From an uncultured virus (IMG/VR IMGVR_UViG_3300029787_004165) (lineage: Duplodnaviria; Heunggongvirae; Uroviricota; Caudoviricetes): a DNA stretch of 20,000 nt. Of the stretch, positions 1 through 12,300 are shown piece by piece. A program made the translations under genes and the position numbers. The stretch lies in IMG/VR virus record IMGVR_UViG_3300029787_004165; one strand, given 5' to 3'. Positions within the stretch are counted from its first letter, which is position 1. Every line of letters starts with the position of its first letter. The notes beneath the pieces are model-generated. The model made no database searches, had not been told where the DNA came from, and saw only the letters and a list, made by a program, of their open reading frames with translations.

Positions 1-343
1 ATCTAGCAGTTGATGAATTTGGTGTCAAATTTGTAGCACTATAATCGTGCCTATACATATCATATCGAGTGTTAGAAGTCCATGTTACTTTTGGTACAAC
101 TCTTCTAATATTTTTACCATTAATTTTTTTACCAAATAAAGATGTATCTTTATAATGTGATAGATATTGAAAATTATCTTTTGGATTTTCTGGCCATGAT
201 AAATTCCTTCCAAATCCAGGATTTGGAGTGCTAGGATTTGAAAGACCTAAAAAAACGTAATAAGAATTATTAGTATCTAATACAGAATCTACAAAATTAG
301 CAGCGTTTGATATTCTAAATTGATCTGTTACGACAGCAGACAT
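1..343 (-). CDS. gp8: Baseplate wedge subunit gp8, N-terminal part (runs off window edge; not in ORF track)
   Basis: Manual translation from ATG at 343 gives MSAVVTDQFRISNAANFVDSVLDTNNSYYVFLGLSNP...GKKINGKNIRRVVPKVTWTSNTRYDMYRHDYS, open to the edge. The TDQFR, YYVFLG and RRVV..W....YDMYRHDY motifs are typical of cyanomyovirus gp8. It follows gp7 and has a late promoter upstream. Confidence 0.88.
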   Translation of the reverse strand, partial: MSAVVTDQFRISNAANFVDSVLDTNNSYYVFLGLSNPSTPNPGFGRNLSWPENPKDNFQYLSHYKDTSLFGKKINGKNIRRVVPKVTWTSNTRYDMYRHDYSATNLTPNSSTAR

Positions 344-360
344 ATTAATACTTTTTTAGA

Positions 361-368
361 TATTTATA
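361..368 (-). promoter_or_regulatory. T4-type late promoter (gp55-dependent) for gp8
   Basis: Exact TATAAATA on the - strand in the 32-bp gp7-gp8 intergenic gap. Confidence 0.85.
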
Positions 369-375
369 ACATTAA

Positions 376-3300
376 TCATGATGGTTCTATGGCTCCTGTA
401 TCTCTTAAACCCTGAACTCTTCTTTGTATGGTTGGGAATGTAGTTAAACCAGAAGTAATTGTAAATCCTGTAACTCCAATTGATATAGGATTTGATCCTC
501 TTGTAATAGATCCTGTACTAAACAATCTTCCCCAAGAAACTTTACCAACTGGAGTGCTTCCAGTGGTTCCTAAACCAACAACAGGAGAATCAGAATGAAT
601 ATTACAAGTAATTATTCCAACATTTTGATTCCATGCACTGACATTGTAAACATTATCTAAAAATGTAGTTCCTATACCAACAATTTTATCATTTGCATCG
701 TATATAGAGGTTGCACCAGAACCAATTGTAGTGCTGTGAATATTAATTGGATATCCTGCAACTAAATTTTCATATGTTCCACCATCTTTTAAAATAAACT
801 CAAGAGCAAGTGGAACCCCGATACCAGTAACCGTTCCAATACCTGTGATAATACCAGAGAACCCATGAATTCTATCAATATTTAAAACTTTTTCTGATTT
901 AAATGTTGGGAATGGTGCTAATACTTTAGGTGGAATATTTTGATTATATCCTAATCCAGGATTAGTAATAGACACACTAGATATTTCTCCGTTAGATGAA
1001 ATTGTAGCAGTTGCTGTGGCGGTTGTACCAACACCAACTTCTATCCCAGTTGTTGGAATACCAATTGATATTGGAATAGTTCCTGGAGTATATCCAGTAC
1101 CACCAGAACCAATAACAATACTTGATATTGTTCCACCAGTAGAAACGATAGCGGTTAATGCTGCAGAAACAGGACTTACACTATTGTCAATAATAATTCC
1201 ACCAATAGGTTTACTGCTGATTTCATTTTCATTATCAAATAAATCAACATCATCAACAAATATACTTGTAAGTGCACTAGAAGAAATATCTCCAATTATT
1301 TTTGCTGTTGGGAATATTAATGGTTCCAACATTGGTCTGGATTTATATACTAATTCACCATTAATAATCTTATCAGATTTTTGTTTTGTCCATTTTAGAG
1401 ATTTAGTATTATCATTAATACCTACACCATCATATAAAACAGTTTCTACATCACCAGAAGTAAGTGTAGCAATACCAAGCATAGTCCTATTATCTTGATT
1501 AACATCATTTGAGTCAATACTTAATAATTGAAGATCGTCTCCAGATTTTAATGTTGGTTTAATAGTATCAACTAATAGAGTATCTTCTCCAGAAGTTCCT
1601 CTATAGAAGAATATTGCAACATCATCCTCTTCTTTAGGTGGTTCTGTAAATACAAAAGATGTTCCACCTTCAAATTGATATGCAGAACCTGGTTCTTGAA
1701 CTACACCATTAATTATAATTAATAAAGAATTTGAAAGATTTACATTAAATTCACCACCATCTTCAATTTCAAAATTTAAATATTCATCATCATACTTGAT
1801 TTCAAATCTTGTTCTAACTCCATCTTGTTGATCCTTAATAGAATCAATGTAATCAAATTGACCAAATTGCCATGCTGAAAATGGATCATTATAAGCTTCT
1901 GATACTGTCAATTCAAATTGTTTTATTGGTGATGATAAACTAGCATCCGTAACTAGACCAACAGGAGTGAATACATCACCTTTTCTAAATCCATAACCAT
2001 TACGGGCAATTTTCCAATTAGTAACAGAGAATTGTGTAGATCCAATACCAACTGTAGAACTTGCACCTATGTTGATATCAAGTAATAGTCCACTTCCAGT
2101 ATTTGTAGTCGATCCATCAGCTAATCTAGATACTCCTGTAACTTCTAAATTTTTATATGATGCTTCAGGAATTATTAATTGAGGATTTTTATAATTTGTA
2201 CCTGCTGCACCAATACTAAATGATAATGTTCCACCTAATCCAACTGTGGTATTAACGATAGCACCTCTACCAATTGCAGAACCAACATTTACAGTGAATG
2301 TATTTGTATCATAGGCAGTAATTGCAGTAAGAATGCCAGATACTGGATCTGTTGCTCTTGGATAAAGATGCTCTGTTTTATAATTATCTTTGGAGCATGA
2401 GAATATTAATGATTCTGTTTTAATTCCAACAGTATTAGAATCTGTAAGACCATGTGAAGGAATTGTTAATATTAAATTACCACTAACAGAATCATAATCA
2501 GCTCCCGTTGCTGTTTTTGCCACTCCAGACCATGAATTTACAAAAACACTAGTTCCAATTGTACCTACAAATTTGTGATTAAATGCAGTATCTGTTACTG
2601 CAACAGAAACTGGAGAACGATAACCAGATCCAATCTTAACATCTCCATAGTATGGGAATACTGTTCCTTGACCCACATAATTGTGTGGAATAGTGCATAT
2701 ACCAACATTAGTTTTAAATCTATAAGTAGGAGAAGGGCCAACATTAATTGTAAAACTTGTAGTAGTTGGAACATCAAGTACAGGAACTGAAATACCAGAA
2801 ATAGGATCTGTAGGTCTTGGATATGGATGAGTTGTAGCATGATTATCAGCATCACATGTAAATGTAATTCCGTAATTAGCAACTGTTACAGCATCACCAA
2901 TTGACAAATTATGAGCAGAACTAAATGATAACTCTAAAAGACCGCTTGTAGGTTTATATAACGCTCCTGTAGGGGTTAATGAACCGTTAACAGCATTATC
3001 AGTTGCAGTTACAAATCTATGTTCAAAATCGCCAGGTATAGTTTGAAGAATTGTATATGCAGTAGTACCAAGACCAGTAACTGGATCAATAACATCTGGG
3101 AATATTGTTGTGGTTACACCAGCATGTTCTTGTGTACAAGAAAATTCCAATCCAACTAACTTAACTTGATTTACAATTCCTAATTCAAAATTATGATCAT
3201 TTTTAGTTGTAATAACTATATCTCCAGTTAAATTATCATATCTTGCAGTGGTAATATTATTACTTGGTCCAGTTGTAGCTGCAGAAACAACTCTTGAAAT

Positions 3301-6300
3301 ACCACCAGTAGCATCAATTTCAGTAATAGCCTCTGCTCCCTCTAAAGGTGCATATCCTAATCCTGGAGTAGATCCAAGAGAAATAATTACACCACCTCTT
3401 GGTAATTGGTTTTGATTTACATCATTTTCACTAATAAAAATATCACCAGTATCAGATCTGATACCCGTAAATGAAATACTACTTACACCTGCAACAGAAT
3501 CATCAATCATTTGATAATTATTAGAAGGATTATTAACTGCAGTTGGACGTTGGAAAATACTGTTTATCAATACTAATCCATTACCACCAGTTTCTCCTAT
3601 ACCAGAAGTATTTGATCCACCAATAGTTAAATTAAATGTTTGACCAATACCAGTAAATTGTTCAGAAATATCATCATATATTTGATTAGTTGTATAATTT
3701 TGTCTAAAATATGTTCTGCCATTAAAATCTGATCTAGCAAAATCTAAATTATTTTCATTTTTTAATCTTGCTAAATTTCCTCTAGGAGCATCAACAAAAT
3801 GAATTTTACTACCAACAATATTAAATGAACCTCTATAAATTTCAACGTTAGTGTTATTTGTATGATTTGTTGCAGAAGTTCCGACAAAACCACGTTCTAC
3901 ATCAACTAGTGATGTTAAACCAATTCCTGGAGTAATTGGCCCAACAGTGGTAGTACCAACACCCACACTAACAACATTCATATATTCATTATCAATTTTT
4001 AAAATATCTCTAACTCTAACAGATGATATTCCACTCAAGGCAAATGTTGTTCTTGAAGTACTAATACCAAGGAAGGAATTATTATCATCAAAATTATCTT
4101 TTAAAGTATGAGTGAGTAAAGCAAAAGATAAAGGTGATTGAATTATATTGTTAATATTAATAATATTTTTAGTATTACTTTTAGCCATTGCAAATTCATG
4201 TCCATTTCCTGTTCCAACACCAACAAAAGTAACAGCACCACCACCACTAGTGGTTGAAATTTGGAATGAATCTTTATTAGTTCTTATTGCAAAAACATTT
4301 GATGGTAAAATATCAATTCCACCTGTAACACCTTGATATTGCATTGGTGTAGAACCCACACCAACAAAAGTAGATTTCGGTGTATAAATTAATTCTTCAT
4401 TTGTTCTAAAAAAATGATCTTCAATATTAAAGGTATTACCATTAGTACTGATAATATCTGTATTAGCAGGATCAAAGGTTTTTGCAAATAATGGAATATC
4501 ATTTGAAGTTAAAGTAAAACTGGTTCTATTAATACGAGATCCATTAGGTGCATTATAAAAATAATTATCAATAGATTCTTTAGTTTTACCATATATAAAA
4601 TCATTCGGTTTATTATCAACATCTAATTTTTTATAAACACATAAATTTAAAGTTGATACTTGAATATAATCTGAATTAAAAATTGGATCTGGATAGAATT
4701 TTAATAAGAAATCATTGGAAGCAAAATTAACTCCAAAAGTACCTATTCCAAGAATATTATCATATTCTTCTATAGATGAATTTGGTATGGTTCCATTAAC
4801 AGAAAGAAATGGTAATGAGTTTACATAAACATTATCTCCATTATGTACTGTCAATACTTGATGTAGTGCTTTAGTAGATCCAATACTGACCTCAATAATT
4901 GATTTGACTGCATTAAATAAATTTTTATCTAATGTGAATACTGTAGATATACCAATTGATTTAGAGTAATTAGATTGATAAATTGCAGTTCTTTCCGTTC
5001 CATCAGGTTGATTATCTTTATTAAATCTATATGTTGCAGTTCCAACAGATGTTGTACCAAATCCAACTACATTCGATTTAATATCTATTTGATCTGTTGT
5101 ATCATTGTGGTAATTTAATACAAAATCACTTCCACTAATATTTGCTTTAAAAGAACCTATTCCAGTAGATGAATATCCATTGTAATTAGAATTGTCAATA
5201 AAATATTCAGAAACATATGTATTAGTTCCATCATGAGTGGCATAAACTTCAACAAAATTAACTTCATTCTTTGTTTTATTGATTAATTCATTTCTTGTAT
5301 GGAAAGAAGTGAATTTATCAGATTTTGCAGTTATAATACCAGTGATAGCTGGTGTTCCATCATTATTAGATGTGCCGATACCTGATATTCCACTCAAATT
5401 AATAAATCCTACAGGAAAAGTTCCAATACCAGAACCACTTAAAAATTCACTAGTAATAACTTTTATATCATAATCAGTATTGGATGTATCTGTTAAAGGT
5501 ACAAATCTAACAGATTGTTCTCCTGTAAATATATTCTCAATTAAATCAAAAGATCCTAATAAATCTTCACTACCATAAGATGTCGTAATTCCAGAAACAA
5601 GTTGACCTCTTTCTAAAAGATATTGATTATTATTATTAGATAATAATACCAAATCAGATAATTGTACTTTAGTATTTTGTAAATTACTAACTCTAAGTAA
5701 TAAATTTTTGTAACTAATTACATTATTATTAAAAACATCTAAATATTCATTCGTATCTTCAGTTAAATTATTAAATTGTGTATTAATATTATCAATAACA
5801 AAAACTTCATTACTTTTTGAAAGATTGTAATTTGATAATTTTTTATTTTGTAATGTTATGAATTTAGAAATATCATTTTCATTTAAACTATTTGCAAGAT
5901 CAAAATTATAAATTGAATCTATTCTGTTATCACCAATATAATCTTTGATAACAATACTAAAATCAGTGCCTGCAATTCCTACAGTAGTAGATGAAGAAAT
6001 TCCAGTATCAGCAAAATTTTTAAGACCACTTGTATGAAGTAAACTATTTACTGCATTTCTCAATTTGTCATAAGTAAGAGAACTTTGTATTGAATATGAT
6101 AAATTTTGATAATAATCATTATTTGGAATTACTTGTGTATCATCATTTAATTTTCCAATATTATCAGACCATCCTATATCTTTTTTAGCTGAATAATCTA
6201 CAATATATCTTCCATTATTATTACTAATACTATCGATTGTAGCTATTACACCAGATTCTTTTCCAGTAATAATATCACCAATAGATAATTCATAATTTCC

Positions 6301-9300
6301 AGTTATTTTTATAAAATCACTTTCACTACTTGTAATAAATAAATCTTTTTGTTCATTACCTATAATTAATTGTTCACCTATAATAAATTTGGATGATTCT
6401 AATAATGTTGTAAAAATTGGATATTTATTTTTATTTACTATAGACGCTAATGAATTTTGATTTGTGATAGCTATACCAGTATTTGTTGATAATCCTTCTA
6501 AGTTGATAGTAACTTTAAAATTTATTCCTGTATCATCAAAACTTGAAACTTTGAAAAATTTAAAACCATAATCTTCGGAATTAAATCCAGATCCATCTGT
6601 GCTGTATTTTTTAATACCTTCAATAAAGACTTCATCACCTACTAAAAATGGTGCAGCTGTAAATCCTAAAGATGGTGTTTCTATAGAACATGTGAATATT
6701 CCTGTTGAATTGGAAATTATAGTTTTAATACCAACGCCATTACTATTATTGGTGGTGAATATATCTATTGGATTATCAGATAATCCAAAGGGTTTAATTG
6801 TAATGTCAATATTTTTTATGGAACTACCAACTAAATTTGTATTAAAAACTCCTTTATTAATTTTTTCTCTAGTTATCGAATCTACAAGATTTATATTTGG
6901 AGATGATAAATATCCACTTCCAGGTTCACTAACAGTAACAACACCTATGGTGTTTGAATTGTTAATTGTAATAAATGGTGATATGAATGCATTAGGTTTT
7001 AATGTATTATCAGATGAGTATTCAAATCCCTCATTAATAATTCTAATTTGATTTGCATTTCCAATAGATTTTGATTTAGCAATAACTTGTCCACCTTTAC
7101 CTTCTGTTGAAGAAGTTCCAACAAAATTAGGTAATTTTTTATAACCAGATCCACCATAATCAATACCAACTTTATCAATTCCACCACTTGCTGTTAACGA
7201 ACTTGTAGAATAGATAAGAGAATCACATTCAGATTGGTTATATGAGATTTTTTCAGGAAATAATTTTAGTGAAATATCAAAAGTAGTATTTCCAATGCCA
7301 ATTATACTATAATCATTATTATATGAACTCTCAATAAATTCTATTTCAGAATAATATTGAACATCTTTATCAGCAGTACTAATAAATCCAGATTTTTCAA
7401 ACGTGTAATATAATTTTTCTGGTAATAAATTATTATTATTAATTTTAATTGATGCATCCGCACTAATACCAGGTGTTCCAACACTTATTATATTAAATGT
7501 TGTTGATGATGTAGAAACAAATTCATTATTAAAATCTTTATCATAATAAAGTTTAAATTTATAACCCTGTAAAGATGAGTGTGATAAATCAAAAACCAAA
7601 TTATTATTATCAACTACATCAATTTGTGGATTAATTGAAAATATAGTTTGCGATTCTCCCCCAGTGCTTGCAATACTTATAGTAATGGGTGGATTAGAAA
7701 TAGCATCATTACGTGTATTACATAATTTAAAATTATCTTTATCAACTTTATAAACAAAATAATCATTTACTGATAAACCTTCAGGAGCTGTATCCGTGGT
7801 TGTATATGAAATTTTATCACCAGTTATAAATCCATGCGAGGAAATATTAATTTGATTTGTAGTTGTGTTAATTCCAGTTGAGTTAAACCCTATATGATTA
7901 ACTAAAGAATATCCTGTATTTTCATCTAATTGAATTTTAACTGAAGAACTTGTTCCTATTCCAACAGATAAATTTGGATTTACAGATAAACTTATATTAT
8001 CACCTATTTTTAAATTATGTGAAGTTGAAACAGAAACTTTTGCAACATTTTTTTCTACATCTACAAGTATTTGTTCATAATTACTTGTAAATTTATATGT
8101 ATCTACATCCGCACCACCACTGACAAAATATACATTAGAGTATCCAATACCAACTCCTGTTTTTATTCCAATAGTATTTTTACTTGTATTAGAAACAAAT
8201 AACGTAGATGGTAAACTAGCGTTACTATTAGCACTATTTGATGGGTCAACATTATATGTAATATTTGAAGTAACATTTGATAATGTTATTTGTTGATTAT
8301 CAACAAACGGATGATTTTCAATATAAATTCTTTGTGTGGGAATATCTCTTGTTATTGTAGAAACACCAAAATCAAAGGTTACTGATGATGAAATTCCAGA
8401 TAAAGTTCCAAATCCTATAGATTCTTTTGGATTAAAATAAACTATATCATTTATTCTAGATTCAAAATAATCTACAGATTTATTAATTGTAAAAGTATCT
8501 GGTAAAAATGACACTGTAAAGGGAACTGTATGTGCAAGGCCTGTAGTTCCTCTTTCTACTCTTAAAATATTAGCATTTTTGTAAATGTCCAATATTTGTA
8601 AAGTTTCTGTTCCGATTCCAATACTATTTCCTACTGAAACTGATTCTGGAATTGAAGACACATATATTTCAGTGGTAAACCCAACAGTTGATGATGGTAG
8701 TATCGTAGAAATTCCAGATGCTTTAAAAGAAGTAACACCGACGGTATGATTACCATTTAACTGAGATAATGTAGATGCAAATCCAGAAATTGATATAACA
8801 TCTCCATCAGAAAAAGTATGGAATGGTAAAACTGTAAAATTTAAACTATTTGAATTTTTCCAATTAATTATTGTATTATTAAAAGTAGTTGTGGTAGTAT
8901 TAATATCAACAATATCTTTACCTTTCAATGAGGTAACTCTTGATATTAGTCCAGTTCCTTCGGTATTAGTATTGTCAAAAGATAAACTAGTATTAACTTT
9001 ATAATTATCACCAGATGAAATAATTACTAATTCATCAACACTTCCAGATGTAACTGATTTCATTACAATTTTTTGTTTTGAAATCTCATTAGTTTCTACT
9101 ATAAAGTCATTATCAATATTTTTTTCAGAAATTTTATATGGAAAAGTATTTCTTATAAGATTAGATCCTTCAAAATTATATGATTGGTCAATATCCTGAA
9201 GAACTGGAACTGATCTATAAGAATCTCCAATAAAATAAGGAAATTCTGGTATATTTTGATCGGAATCACTTTTTATGGTTGCAAAATATGCATATATTCC

Positions 9301-12300
9301 ATCAGGAAAATTAAATGTTTTTGTAAATCTACCATTGTTTCTATCTAAATCTCCTGCATTCGTAAATTCATAATCTTCAACAAAATAACCATCATCAAAA
9401 CCTAATGGTCTATCAATAACTTTAGAAGAGTTTAAAGTATATCCAGAACGCATACGTGTTGGAGTTAGTGCTATTCCTGGATTTGCATAACCAAAAGATC
9501 CATATATTGGATTTCCATCATAGGCCCACCCAATAATTGGTGAATGAGGAAGATCTATACTATCACCAAAATAATCTCTTAATGTTTCACCATATCCACA
9601 AATACCATATTGTAAATTATTATTTTCATTAGAATTTAATAATATACTATCACCAAATTTATTTCTATTGTCAAGAGTTAGTGATCTTATCTGATTTGAT
9701 ATAACAGCATTTTTTCCAGCAGCAACAACATTTATTGAAGTATCTGAAGAAGAATATCCAATTCCAGCATTAATAATTTCAACATCTGTAAGTTTTCCAT
9801 TAGAAATTATAGGTCTTAGTTCTGCACCAGTTCCTGAACCAGAATTATCTATTATATTTAAATCAGGAATAGAAAAATATTCACTACCCTGAAATGAAAC
9901 TGAAACAGCATCTATTTTTCCATTTACTATTGTAGGTTTTAATGAAGCATTTTTACCATTTTTTATAGAAATAATAGGATTTTTTTCAAAATTTATAATT
10001 GAAGATCCATAACCAGTTCCAGATTCATAAAGATAAGAATCAATAATACTACCTCTAATAATAGGAGTTAATTTAACTGATTTTTTAATTTGAGTATCAG
10101 TTCCAATCCCAAGAGGAACATAGTCTAAAGAAACTTCAATATCTGGATAAGAAAAATTGTGATTACCTGAACCAACTGAATTTAAAGATATGTAATTTTT
10201 TGATGTATAATTTGATGTTATAGTTCCTCCAACTCCAGCATCAGAAAGTCTAAATGAATTATCATCAATTTTTATAATTTGATATTGATTTGTAGTGGTT
10301 GTAATTCCAGTTGATGTGTTCAATCCACTTATCTTATTTCCAGTCGTAGAATATATAATTTTCTCACCATTATTAAATCCATGATTATTAAATGTAACTT
10401 TATCATATTGAGTTGATATTCCAGTTGATTTAACAATTAATTTTCTATTTGTAAACAATCCATCATTAATTACACCAATACCAGAAATATATTTTTGAGT
10501 TGGAAGTGTTGAAAATTTATGAATACCTCCAGCATTAAAAGTATTTAATCCTACAACATTTGTTTTAGAAATTGCATCATCAAAAGAAGTATATAATTTA
10601 ACAGTTTTTTCATCAATTACCTCAACAAAATAACTTGCATCATCAACCAATGTTGATGTTCCAATACCTACAGAAACAGGTTTACTACCACCAGAATTAT
10701 AAATTACTTCTTGACCAATTTCAAAAACATGGTCTGATAAAAATTGTATGGTATTTAATTCCTGACTTACTCCCCCAAAACTATTAGTAGATAAACCACT
10801 AAACAAAACATCTCTAGATCTTTTTTGAATTATCGGTTCTAAAACTGCATTTCCATTACCACCAGTAACATTAATTGATATGACTTCATTAATATCAAAA
10901 TTCTGTTGATCAACGTAAACCTTTTTAATATTACCTTGAATTATAGGTTGAATTAATGCAGTTGTTCCAAATCCAGCAGCAACTTCAATTTTTGGTAAAT
11001 TTATAACATCATAATCAGAACCACCATTCAATAATTTTATTGAATCTATAGGGCCATAATATATTTTATCATTAGATTTATAATTGTTTATTTCAACACC
11101 ATTAACCAACATACCAGTTGTTCCTACAACTGTTTTCGTTTGATTTCCTTTAGAAATATCTGGATTTACTGGAAACTTTTTAAGTAATTTTTGTGCTCCT
11201 ATTTTTTCAAAACTTTGTGAAGTTAATATAAATTCATGCACAGCATTTGCATCCGATAGTTTTATATAATCAGAACTACCGATAAATGTTGGAGATGTAT
11301 ATAATTTAATTATTTTTTTATCACTAGAATCAACTTCTACAAAGTATATTTCATTATTTTCCAACCCACCGTAAGGATCTCCTGAAGTTTTATAAAAAAT
11401 TTCATCTCCATCTTGAAAGGGAACATTATTTTCAAATTTTATTGCAGCAAATTTATTAGGTTCTCCAGAAATTTCTTCAATTAATCCAAATCCTTCATGA
11501 GATAATGGTATAGAAACTTTATCAATTTTAGTGTCAATTGAATTTAAATATTGATATTCACGTTCATTACCATTTCCATCAACTTTTGCAGATGGTAATG
11601 AATTTGAAGCTACATAAAATGTTTCTTCATTTTCAATATATACGTTTTGTATGTCTGATGTAATATCGTCATATTCTAATGGTTCTCTATTGCTAATCGC
11701 AGTATTAATTTTTCTCCTTAAATCATATTCCTTGTTTAGTACAGGTGTATATTTAGAACTAAGAAGAACTTGTTTATCTCCGACACCACTGTTATTATCC
11801 TCAATAATAATAGCAAAAGAATCACCACCCTTAAATAGGGTAATATTATTTGAAGATCTTTCAACTATTTCTACTGTATCTCCTTGCTTTAAACTAGATC
11901 TATCATAACTATCAAATAAATTGATTGATTGAGTTTCCTCACCAAACTCAGTGTCTTCTATTTTAATCTTATATCTTGTACTTGTATTATAAATCCAAGA
12001 ATTTGCAAAAGTTTCTTTATATGTTTTATTACTAGAAGGATTTTTAATCAAATCTCCAAGATTTTTAACTGATATTATTTCTCCCTCATCCACAGTCAAA
12101 TTATCAGATACTTGTTCAAATTCTGATAAAACACCAGTTAATCTTAATTCTACTTTTTTAGTGGTATCTCCATCCTCATATCCAAAATAAGTATCATTAT
12201 TACGTATATTATCAGTAGAATTAATTCCATTATCAATTCCAGTGCATCCAAAAAATTGATTTACACTTTTATTTGTGTAATTAATATTAGTATTACTACC

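Noticed and set aside
2595..7187. Alternative-frame minus-strand ORFs 2595..2882 and 6999..7187
   Set aside because: Nested out of frame within gp7; the L/M/Q-rich composition is typical of a frame-shifted reading of T/A-ending codons.
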